A DNA stretch of 24,000 nt from Limisphaerales bacterium. GTDB taxonomy: Bacteria; Verrucomicrobiota; Verrucomicrobiia; Limisphaerales; UBA11358. Position 1 is the stretch's first letter; every line of letters begins with the position of its first letter. Where the stretch lies: contig JANOBC010000143.1 of NCBI GenBank assembly GCA_031411455.1, forward strand, positions 4,714 through 28,713. The letters run 5' to 3'. The position numbers and the translations under genes were made by a program. The notes beneath the pieces were generated by a model. That model ran no database searches, was not told the DNA's origin, and was given only the letters and a program-made list of their open reading frames with translations. Shown piece after piece: positions 1 through 7,161 of the stretch.

Positions 1-187
1 AATCAATCGCCGCCCAGACGCGCGCGGTGAAATTGGAAGGCATGGGCGCGTCAGGAATTTTCGCCAGCGCCGCTGTCAGCCGCGCCTCGGCTTCCAAATC
101 CGGTTGTGCGCGCAAGGCCGCGCGCTCTTCGGCAGAAAGCTTGCCGCGCCAGAGCGATTCATTCGGTTTGGAAGGATTATTATTCAT
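1..187 (-). CDS. Partial CDS with its start codon in the window and its 3' end beyond position 1. Putative anti-sigma-factor-like or membrane-anchored regulatory protein N-terminus.
   Basis: Not in the ORF track because it runs off the edge. The reverse complement from ATG (187-185) is open to position 1: MNNNPSKPNESLWRGKLSAEERAALRAQPDLEAEARLTAALAKIPDAPMPSNFTARVWAAID. The 'LS..E...L ... PSNFTARV' layout resembles N-termini of anti-sigma/regulatory membrane proteins. The product call is weak. Confidence 0.5.
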   Translation of the reverse strand, partial: MNNNPSKPNESLWRGKLSAEERAALRAQPDLEAEARLTAALAKIPDAPMPSNFTARVWAAID

Positions 188-258
188 CGCTCCAGATTCA
201 AAACCGCCGGTCGCGCAAAGTTGCAGAAATATTTTCTCGGTTCAGACAAGCTTTAGGC

Positions 259-274
259 CGTGTATTTCGTGGTT
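259..274 (+). repeat. Short copy of the TTCGTG-type upstream motif (cgtgtatttcgtggtt), about 30 nt upstream of the 305 ATG.
   Basis: This 16-nt string is identical to the reverse complement of 2157-2172 upstream of pepP. It is related to 12656-12678 upstream of fabG. Confidence 0.6.
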
Positions 275-304
275 TGAAAAAGAATTTTCCATTAAACTTT
301 CCAC

Positions 305-859
305 ATGGCTGAACTTGACCCGCAACTCGACACATTTCTCCGCCGACAACCAAAGCTCGGCAAAAATGTTTTCATCGCCAAGACCGCCGCCGTTGTTGGT
401 AATGTGACGCTCGGCGCACACAGCAGCGTCTGGTATGGCGCGGTGTTACGCGGCGACATCAACCGTATTGTCGTCGGCCACCACACGAACATCCAAGACA
501 ACGCCGTGCTGCATCTCGCGGATAAATTTGCGTGCGAACTCGGCAACTGGGTCACTGTCGGCCACAGCGCCGTCGTCCATGCGTGCAAAGTCGGTGATGA
601 ATGTCTCGTCGGCATGGGCGCGGTGATTCTCGACGGCGCAGTCATCGGCAAACAATCCATCATCGGCGCGAAGGCGCTCGTAACTGGCGGCACGAAAATC
701 CCGCCCGGCTCACTGGTGCTGGGTGCGCCTGCGAAAGTTGTGCGCAAGCTCACAAAAACAGAGCGCGCCGGATTGAAATGGTGGGCGCAGAAGTATGTGG
801 ACAACGGCGCGTATTGCCTGAAGCACGGCATTGGCGTGGGCGAACCGATCAAATCCTAA
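305..859 (+). CDS. Gamma-class carbonic anhydrase family protein (hexapeptide-repeat left-handed beta-helix, YrdA/PaaY/CaiE-like).
   Basis: 184-aa ORF with ATG at 305. Hexapeptide repeats and family-typical His-containing stretches are present: VWYGAVLRGD, VGHHTNIQDNAVLH, VGHSAVVHA. Confidence 0.9.
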   Translation: MAELDPQLDTFLRRQPKLGKNVFIAKTAAVVGNVTLGAHSSVWYGAVLRGDINRIVVGHHTNIQDNAVLHLADKFACELGNWVTVGHSAVVHACKVGDECLVGMGAVILDGAVIGKQSIIGAKALVTGGTKIPPGSLVLGAPAKVVRKLTKTERAGLKWWAQKYVDNGAYCLKHGIGVGEPIKS

Positions 860-865
860 AACTGC

Positions 866-2152
866 TCAACGACACATCACGGCTTCAATTTCATCCACCT
901 CAATCGGAATGCCCGCCATCAAATCAAGCTGGCCATTTTCGGTGACCAGAATGGTGTTTTCAATCCGCACGCCAAAATTTTCTTTCGGAATGTAAATCGC
1001 CGGTTCCACCGTCAGCACCCAGCCGGGTTCGATTTTGAAATGGTTGTAGGTCACGTCGTGCACGTCGAGGCCGATGGGATGCGAGACGCCGTGCATGAAA
1101 AAAATTTTCACGGCGGGCGCATCCGGTTTTTGTTTTTTGAGCTCGGACATTTTCAACAAACCGAGGTCAACACACTCCTTTGCGGTGCGCTCTTCACACT
1201 CCAGTCGCAAATCTTTCGTGGTCTTGCCGGGAACACACGCGGCGACCTGCGCGCGGAAAATTCGTAGCACGGCGTTGTAGACTTGCTTCTGCCGCCGCGA
1301 AAATCTGCCGCTCACGGGAATCGTGCGCGTGAGGTCGCTCATGTAATTGCCCAGACCGGCGGCAACATCGAGCAACAGCAAATCGCCTTTCTTGCAAAGC
1401 TGGTCGTTCTGGCCGTAGTGAAGAATGTTGTTGTTCGCGCCGCTGGCGATGATGGGCGGATAAGCGAACTGTCCCTTGTGCCGGATGAATTCGTGCGCGA
1501 ACTCCGCTTCGACTTCGGTTTCATTCACGCCGGGTTTCAGGAATTTCAACACGCGGCGAAAACCTTTGCCGGTCAGATCGCACGCGGCCTTGATGGCGCT
1601 AATTTCGTGCGGCGACTTCACCGCGCGCAATTCGTGCATGAGCGGGGCGAGGCGATGGTATTGGTGCAGCGGAAATTTTTCCCGCGTCTCCACCACGAAT
1701 CGTGAATCACGCGTCTCCACGGATGCGTCGGCGCGTTGGTGTTCGTTGGCATTGAGGAAAACGTTTTCCATCTCGCAGATGACCTGCCGGAAAACCAACG
1801 GGAAATCAGCAAGCCACTTCACGTTCTTGATGCCGGAAATTTTGGTCGCCTGTTCTTTCGTGAGCTTGTGTCCCTCCCAGATTTTCAGATGCTCGTTCGC
1901 CTCGCGCACAAACAGAATTTCCCGGTGGTTCGGGTCAAACGCGTCCGGTGCGAGCAGCAGGATCGTCTCCTCCTGATGCACGCCGGTGAGGTAAAACAGG
2001 TCGGCGTTCTGGAGGTGACCCATCGAACCATCGGCGTTCGTGGGCATGATGTCGTTGGCGTTCAGCACGGCGAGCGAACGCGGCAAAAGTTTTTTGACGA
2101 GGCGTTCGCGGTTCAGCGTGAACAGCGCGGCGGGCAGCGGGACGGCTTTCAT
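866..2152 (-). CDS. pepP: Xaa-Pro aminopeptidase (M24B family, aminopeptidase P).
   Basis: 428-aa ORF with ATG at 2152. M24B metal-site motifs are present (HGVSHPIGLDVHD, LTVEPAIY, RIENTILVT), with an N-terminal AMP_N-like region. It converges on the 305-859 gene with only 6 nt between the stop codons. Confidence 0.9.
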   Translation of the reverse strand: MKAVPLPAALFTLNRERLVKKLLPRSLAVLNANDIMPTNADGSMGHLQNADLFYLTGVHQEETILLLAPDAFDPNHREILFVREANEHLKIWEGHKLTKEQATKISGIKNVKWLADFPLVFRQVICEMENVFLNANEHQRADASVETRDSRFVVETREKFPLHQYHRLAPLMHELRAVKSPHEISAIKAACDLTGKGFRRVLKFLKPGVNETEVEAEFAHEFIRHKGQFAYPPIIASGANNNILHYGQNDQLCKKGDLLLLDVAAGLGNYMSDLTRTIPVSGRFSRRQKQVYNAVLRIFRAQVAACVPGKTTKDLRLECEERTAKECVDLGLLKMSELKKQKPDAPAVKIFFMHGVSHPIGLDVHDVTYNHFKIEPGWVLTVEPAIYIPKENFGVRIENTILVTENGQLDLMAGIPIEVDEIEAVMCR

Positions 2153-2156
2153 GTTG

Positions 2157-2185
2157 AACCACGAAATACACGAAGCGCACGAAAA
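2157..2185 (-). promoter_or_regulatory. Three TTCGTG hexamers at exact 9-nt spacing that abut the pepP ATG.
   Basis: In gene orientation the sequence reads cttTTCGTGcgcTTCGTGtatTTCGTGgttcaacATG. On the plus strand the CACGAA copies lie at 2160-2165, 2169-2174 and 2178-2183. Related copies occur upstream of two other genes in the same orientation. Confidence 0.45.
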
Positions 2186-2212
2186 GAAACAGGATGAAAA
2201 CTCCGGCGTTGT

Positions 2213-2272
2213 CCGCAGATTTCACAGATGAACGCAGAGGAAAATAATCTGTGTAATCCGCGCAATCTGCGG
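2213..2272 (-). repeat. Imperfect 16-bp stem-loop between the MFS stop and the pepP start.
   Basis: ccgcagatt (2213-2221) pairs with aatctgcgg (2264-2272). cacagat (2223-2229) pairs with atctgtg (2247-2253). The atctgtgaaatctgcgg arm resembles atccgtgaaattcggg at 12426-12441. Confidence 0.6.
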
Positions 2273-2278
2273 ATGAAC

Positions 2279-3514
2279 TTATTTCCCGATTTTTCGCAAC
2301 CACAACAACCCACCGAGTCCCAGCGTCAGCAAACCCGTCACCGCCCACGCGCCCGCGCCGGGATTTTGCGGCGCAAGCCACAGCGCCGTCGCGCCCGCTG
2401 CGGGACCGAGGCAGTTGCCGATGCCGATGGCAGCTTCATGGATACCACCGTGTTCGCTGCTCGAATCGTGCGCGTCCATCGCGTAAAAAAGCGACGAATA
2501 ATACATCAGCCCGACGGTCGCGCCGAAAAATAGTTGCGCGATGAGCATGACCGCCAAGTTCGGCACAACGAGAATGGTCGCAAAGGAAATCACCATCAGC
2601 ACAAACGCCGTGATGAGCCAGCGAAATTTGTAATGCCAGCCGCTCCATTGCCACAGCACCACGAACGCGGCAACGCGCACGAAGCACCAGAGCGAACACG
2701 CGAAGCCCGCAAACATCGGCGACAAATCAAACCGGTGCGCCACGCCCGGCAGCAAGGCGAGGAGCGTGTTGATGGCGATGTAGGCGAACGGATTTGCCAG
2801 CCACGCCAGGCGTTGAAAATTTTTGGCGAGCGCGGGAGTTGTAGCACCGGCGTCCGACCCGTGGAGTTCGGAAGATGAATTAGCCAACTCATCTCGTGAA
2901 GCGCTCGCAGGTGAGACGCCTGCGCAACTTTGTGGGATTTTTTCCAACCAGAACATCATCGCGAATTGCAAAATCATCAGTGCGAGCGGCAGATAAAAAA
3001 TACATTCGTAGCCGAGTTTTTCAATCAGCGTGCCGCCGATGAAGAACGCCGTGGCGTTCGTGATGGCCCAGGTGATGTTGTAGATGCCGACGGCGCGGGG
3101 AACATTTGAGCCTTTGCTGATGAGGGTTTCCAGCACCGGCCAGATGAAGCACATTCCGACATTCACGATGCACGCGAGCGCAATCTGTCCGCCGAGCGAA
3201 TGACAAAACAAGCCCGCCGTCAGGCCGACGGCCATGATGGCAAAACCAATTTTGAGCGCGGTGAAATAGCCAATGCGTGGCGCAATCTTCCCCGCCCAGA
3301 GCGACGCGAAGACGTAAATGACGCCGATGAACGCCGCGAGTTCCAGATTCTGCCGGTCGTTGAAACCAAATTTGTCGCGGAAGAAAAAGAACAGGTAGTT
3401 GAAATAAATCGCGACGGCGAAGGAATTAATTCCTTCGATGGTGTAGCAGGCGGTGCGGAATTTTGTCGGATTCACGCGCGGGAAATTTCTTCGATGGCTT
3501 TGTGGCAATACCAT
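2279..3514 (-). CDS. MFS transporter.
   Basis: About 12 hydrophobic helices with a long central loop, which is typical MFS architecture. The track ORF begins at GTG 3568 and would overlap the upstream NUDIX gene by 97 nt. Alternative starts are ATG 3514 or GTG 3475; the latter forms a GTGA overlap with the NUDIX stop codon at 3472-3474. The start is uncertain. Confidence 0.8.
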   Translation of the reverse strand: MVLPQSHRRNFPRVNPTKFRTACYTIEGINSFAVAIYFNYLFFFFRDKFGFNDRQNLELAAFIGVIYVFASLWAGKIAPRIGYFTALKIGFAIMAVGLTAGLFCHSLGGQIALACIVNVGMCFIWPVLETLISKGSNVPRAVGIYNITWAITNATAFFIGGTLIEKLGYECIFYLPLALMILQFAMMFWLEKIPQSCAGVSPASASRDELANSSSELHGSDAGATTPALAKNFQRLAWLANPFAYIAINTLLALLPGVAHRFDLSPMFAGFACSLWCFVRVAAFVVLWQWSGWHYKFRWLITAFVLMVISFATILVVPNLAVMLIAQLFFGATVGLMYYSSLFYAMDAHDSSSEHGGIHEAAIGIGNCLGPAAGATALWLAPQNPGAGAWAVTGLLTLGLGGLLWLRKIGK

Positions 3515-3933
3515 TTCACCGCGTCGGTCATCGGCGGCGAAAGTTTTTCCAAGTCCGCTTTGCTGCACCAGCGGATGTCGTGATGCTCCTCGGTGGCCAG
3601 TTGAACCGTGCCGCTTTTAGGCCGCGCCCAATAGATCATGCCGATGTGCTCGTGGGTTTCGTTGATGCGGTGGATGTCTAGAAAGCGTGGCGCGATCAGC
3701 GCGCGCGTGCCGGGTTCGGTTGTGGGCGGACGTTCGCCGATCAATTCCACGTCGAGGCCGCTTTCCTCCTTCGCCTCACGCAACGCCGCGATCTCCGGGT
3801 CTTCGTCCAGTTCGATGTGTCCACCAATCGGCAGCCATTTGCCGAGCTTGCGATGGTGGATGACGAGAACCTTCGCGTCGTGAACAATGAAAATCGCGAC
3901 GGTAAAATCAATTTTTTCGTGGATGTGAGCCAT
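3472..3933 (-). CDS. NUDIX hydrolase.
   Basis: Contains the Nudix box GGHIELDEDPEIAALREAKEESGL (GX5EX7REUXEEXGU). The track start at 3972 is GTG. ATG at 3933 (MAHIHEKIDFTVAIF...) sits just before the first beta strand, so I prefer it. Confidence 0.85.
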   Translation of the reverse strand: MAHIHEKIDFTVAIFIVHDAKVLVIHHRKLGKWLPIGGHIELDEDPEIAALREAKEESGLDVELIGERPPTTEPGTRALIAPRFLDIHRINETHEHIGMIYWARPKSGTVQLATEEHHDIRWCSKADLEKLSPPMTDAVKWYCHKAIEEISRA

Positions 3934-4075
3934 TTGTGGGCGGATTGTAGCTATCGGCAAACACGGAGTCACAATTCATTTTGAAAAAACCGCAGGTGAA
4001 TATCCCGCGTGCAAGTTCTGATTTCCGCACTTTTCAAACGCCGACTATCTGACTACACTTCGGATTCCTTTTGCT

Positions 4076-5293
4076 ATGGCATTGATTGTCCAAAAATACG
4101 GCGGCACGTCGGTCGGCAACACCGACCGCATCAAGAACGTCGCCAAACGCGTCGCAGAATACCGTTCGCGCGGCGACCAAATTGTCGTCGTCGTCTCGGC
4201 GATGAGCGGCGTCACTGACGGTCTCATCAAACTCGCGAAAGACATTGCGCCGCTGCCGAGTGAACGCGAGATGGACATGCTGCTCGCCACTGGCGAACAA
4301 CAGACCATCGCGCTCACAGCCATCGCGCTGCACACGATTGGTGTCGGCGCGGTTTCGATGACCGGCGCGCAGGCGGGTATCACGACTGACGGCGTTCATA
4401 CGAAAGCGAAGATCCACAACATCACGCCGAAACAAGTTCACGAGGCTCTCGATGCGGGCAACGTCGTCATCGTTGCCGGTTTTCAAGGCGAAACTGCGGC
4501 GGGACAAATCACGACGCTTGGCCGTGGCGGTTCGGATTTGACGGCGATTGCGCTGGCCGCTGCGTTGAAGGCCGATCTCTGCCAGATTTACACGGACGTG
4601 GATGGCGTCTATACGACCGATCCGCGCATCGTCCCGACGGCAAAAAAACTTTCAGAAATTTCCTACGATGAAATGCTCGAACTCGCCAGCCTTGGCGCGA
4701 AGGTGATGCAGAGCCGCTCGGTTGAATTTGCCAAAAAATTTGGCGTAGTGTTTGAAGTCCGCTCCAGTTTGAACGACAACCCCGGAACTATTGTGAAAGA
4801 AGAAACGAAAAGCATGGAAGGCGTCGTCGTGCGCGGCGTCGCGCTCGACAAAAATCAGGCCAAGGTCACGCTCGTGGCTGTGCCGGACAAACCCGGCGTG
4901 GCCGCGCGGATTTTCAAGGCGCTCGGCGATGCGACGGTGAACGTGGACATGATCATCCAGAATATCAGCCACGGCACCGGCACGCCCTCGACCGACATTT
5001 CCTTCACCGCCGACAAGCCGGATTTGCTCAAGGCGCAGAAGGTCATTGACGGTTTGAAAGCCGAGATTGGTTTCCGCGAAGTCATCACCGCCGAGAAGAT
5101 TGGAAAACTTTCCATCGTCGGCGTCGGCATGAAATCGCACACCGGCGTGGCGGGAAAACTATTTGAAACGCTCGCGAACGAAGGCATCAACATTGACATG
5201 ATTTCCACGAGCGAAATCAAAATTTCCGTCGTCATTGATCTTGCCAAGGGCGAGCAAGCAGTGAAGGCCGTGCATGCGGCGTTCATAGGGTAA
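4076..5293 (+). CDS. lysC: Aspartate kinase.
   Basis: 405 aa. N-terminus MALIVQKYGGTSVG, an amino-acid kinase domain, and two C-terminal ACT domains. An internal in-frame ATG at 4814 (MEGVVVRGVALDKNQAKVTL) lies at the position of the beta-subunit start known in Gram-positive lysC. Confidence 0.95.
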   Translation: MALIVQKYGGTSVGNTDRIKNVAKRVAEYRSRGDQIVVVVSAMSGVTDGLIKLAKDIAPLPSEREMDMLLATGEQQTIALTAIALHTIGVGAVSMTGAQAGITTDGVHTKAKIHNITPKQVHEALDAGNVVIVAGFQGETAAGQITTLGRGGSDLTAIALAAALKADLCQIYTDVDGVYTTDPRIVPTAKKLSEISYDEMLELASLGAKVMQSRSVEFAKKFGVVFEVRSSLNDNPGTIVKEETKSMEGVVVRGVALDKNQAKVTLVAVPDKPGVAARIFKALGDATVNVDMIIQNISHGTGTPSTDISFTADKPDLLKAQKVIDGLKAEIGFREVITAEKIGKLSIVGVGMKSHTGVAGKLFETLANEGINIDMISTSEIKISVVIDLAKGEQAVKAVHAAFIG

Positions 5294-5309
5294 TCCTGAA
5301 ATCTTTCAG

Positions 5310-5346
5310 AAACCGGCGTCATTTCGGCGCCGGTTTTTTATTTTTC
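5310..5346. terminator. Bidirectional intrinsic terminator between the convergent lysC and GT-C genes.
   Basis: aaaccggcg (5310-5318) pairs with cgccggttt (5328-5336) and is followed by ttttttattttt on the plus strand. The A-run on the left side gives a U-tract for the minus strand. Confidence 0.75.
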
Positions 5347-6939
5347 TGTCCAGCCGGTCACCTTCCAAAAAGAAACGCGTTCGTTAAGATTCACATCCTC
5401 GGCGAATCCCTTGTCCAAGCACGCGATGTTGGTCGCGTGCCGGCGCACGAACCAGCCGAACTGGTTGTTCCAAGTGATGCGATAAGGCGTTTCGTTCCAA
5501 CCGCTCGCCCGCAACGGCGGCGGTGGCAGCGAAACCGGCGGGTTGGTCTCTTTCACTTCGTTGATTTCGCCCACGACCCAAAGCGCGCCGCCCGCTCGCA
5601 AAGTGGCGGAAACTTTTTCCAACACCGACTGCATCGCGTTTGTATCCGCCATCGTCAATTGAATCAAATCAAACCGGTGCGCCGTGTGGTCGGCCATCGG
5701 CGGAATGGTCGTCCATTCGCACGCGCCGTGGAAGTAGCGCGCAAACGTGATGCCGATCTGCCACGGCGTGACGATGGCGAGGTCATTCGCAGCAGCCTGC
5801 GCGGAAATTTTTTTGGCGAATAGATCCACGTTTGTGAAACGGTAGTCCAGCAGACGAACGGAAAACATCGTTGCAATCACCATCGCCGCCGCCAGGCCGC
5901 CGAACAATGCGGCGCGGAATTTTCCCGCCGGGCGTGGCAGCACGGCGTCGAAGCACACCGCCGCCAGCGCGACGAGCGGCAGGAAATACCACGGTTGGAC
6001 GGGGAAATTGGCGTAGCGCAAGAAAATCCAGAATGCCGCCGCCCCGGTGAGCAGCGTCACGCCAGCGAACAACGCGAGGTCGTTGCGTGGCTTGGAAAAT
6101 ACGGCGGCCACCGCCCGAAATAAAATTAATCCAGCCAGCCCCACCCACAGCCAGAAAAATTGCGCGAGCGGAAATCCGATGAGCATGTCGAGATGGCTCA
6201 AGGCGATGCGCCAGTCAAAATCCATTCGCAACGGCGCTGCGCCCTGCGGCATTCCGACGATGTTGCTGAAATAAGGCAGGAGCGAAATCGCGGCCATAAG
6301 TCCGCCCAGGAAAATGGCGGTGACTTGCTTGAAATTTTTCTGACACAACGCCACCGCACAAGCGCCCGCGCAAATCGCGGCCACCAGCACGGAATTTTGG
6401 TAAAGCGTCTGCACGCTCAACACTGCGCCGGCCGTGAACAGCAGCCAGGATTTTTTATCGGGGCTTTGCAAGAACCGCCACGCCAGCGCCGCGCACAGCG
6501 CAATCATCGCGCTGCCGAGGCCGTAGGCGCGAAGTGAGGCGGAATAATAAATCACCCACGAGTTCAGCCCCACCAGCGCCAGCGACCACAGCGGCGGGGC
6601 GCGGCGTGTCCAGCGGGCGGCGCACCAAAAGACGACGGTGAGCATCAGTCCTAGCAGCACACCCAAGCTGCGCGCGGCTAGGTCTGCATGGCAAAGCCCG
6701 AGGCTGTTCCATCCGCGCAACAAGAGTGGAAATAAAACCGGGAAAGAATCGTGCGTGAGGTTTTTGAAGTCGCCTTGCGCGAGGTTCACTGAATTGACTT
6801 CGTCCCGCCACAGTGCGCCGGCGATGTTCAGAAAATACAGATGCAACGCCAGCACCACGACCGTCGCAGTCACGGCGAGCCAGAAGTCCGCGTCGCGTTG
6901 CGGGCGGGCGGATGGCTGTGTGACGGGTGCATTGGTCAT
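5338..6939 (-). CDS. Polytopic membrane protein, GT-C-fold glycosyltransferase-like (GT39/GT83, ArnT/PMT-like), with a C-terminal soluble domain.
   Basis: At least 10 hydrophobic helices. An acidic 'ALWRDE' motif sits in the first loop, as in GT-C enzymes. The C-terminal non-membrane region is about 150 aa. The track start at 6969 is TTG; ATG at 6939 (MTNAPVTQ...) is more likely. Confidence 0.55.
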   Translation of the reverse strand: MTNAPVTQPSARPQRDADFWLAVTATVVVLALHLYFLNIAGALWRDEVNSVNLAQGDFKNLTHDSFPVLFPLLLRGWNSLGLCHADLAARSLGVLLGLMLTVVFWCAARWTRRAPPLWSLALVGLNSWVIYYSASLRAYGLGSAMIALCAALAWRFLQSPDKKSWLLFTAGAVLSVQTLYQNSVLVAAICAGACAVALCQKNFKQVTAIFLGGLMAAISLLPYFSNIVGMPQGAAPLRMDFDWRIALSHLDMLIGFPLAQFFWLWVGLAGLILFRAVAAVFSKPRNDLALFAGVTLLTGAAAFWIFLRYANFPVQPWYFLPLVALAAVCFDAVLPRPAGKFRAALFGGLAAAMVIATMFSVRLLDYRFTNVDLFAKKISAQAAANDLAIVTPWQIGITFARYFHGACEWTTIPPMADHTAHRFDLIQLTMADTNAMQSVLEKVSATLRAGGALWVVGEINEVKETNPPVSLPPPPLRASGWNETPYRITWNNQFGWFVRRHATNIACLDKGFAEDVNLNERVSFWKVTGWTEK

Positions 6940-6979
6940 CAAGCCATTCAACAATTTTGCCGATGACAAGACAAAGCAA

Positions 6980-7063
6980 ATGAACTATTGTTGCGCCGTG
7001 AAAACGAATTTGAACCTGCTGCTTACGAACGCGCTGCTTACCAGCGCGGCAGCCGGGTTTTGA
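6980..7063 (+). CDS. Putative leuA leader peptide, 27 aa and Leu-rich.
   Basis: ATG 6980 to TGA 7061-7063 encodes MNYCCAVKTNLNLLLTNALLTSAAAGF. Six Leu codons fall within 10 residues (7010-7039). The ORF sits directly upstream of a terminator and leuA. No obvious Shine-Dalgarno sequence. Confidence 0.45.
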   Translation: MNYCCAVKTNLNLLLTNALLTSAAAGF

Positions 7064-7096
7064 TTCGTAATAGCGATTTAACCAAAACCCACTGCC
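7030..7096 (+). promoter_or_regulatory. Candidate attenuator alternative structures: a 1:2 pause hairpin and a 2:3 antiterminator.
   Basis: cgcgctg (7030-7036) pairs with cagcgcg (7042-7048). ggcagccgggtttt (7048-7061, spanning the leader stop codon) can pair with aaaacccactgcc (7084-7096), which is the left arm of the terminator. Confidence 0.4.
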
Positions 7097-7120
7097 GACT
7101 GGCGGTGGGTTTTTTGTTTT
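7084..7120 (+). terminator. Intrinsic terminator in the leuA 5' leader.
   Basis: aaaacccactgcc (7084-7096), loop gact, ggcggtgggtttt (7101-7113), then tttttgtttt. There is no upstream plus-strand gene for it to terminate. The leuA ATG is 42 nt downstream. Confidence 0.65.
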
Positions 7121-7161
7121 ATTAACTCACCGCCGGATGGCAATAATGAGAAAGCCAGACC

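Noticed and set aside
27-407. 126-aa and 68-aa plus-strand ORFs at the window start.
   Set aside because: They are antisense to the hand-translated minus-strand gene (1-187) and cross the divergent promoter gap into the 305 gene in another frame. No motifs are present.
3973-4075. Lysine riboswitch (L-box) upstream of lysC.
   Set aside because: The gap is only 103 nt, much shorter than an L-box of about 180 nt. I could not find the conserved multi-helix junction sequences.
6638-7063. 141-aa plus-strand ORF overlapping the 5' end of the GT-C gene.
   Set aside because: Most of it is antisense to a convincing membrane-protein frame. Only its last 27 codons (6980-7063) lie in intergenic DNA, and I keep those as the candidate leader peptide.
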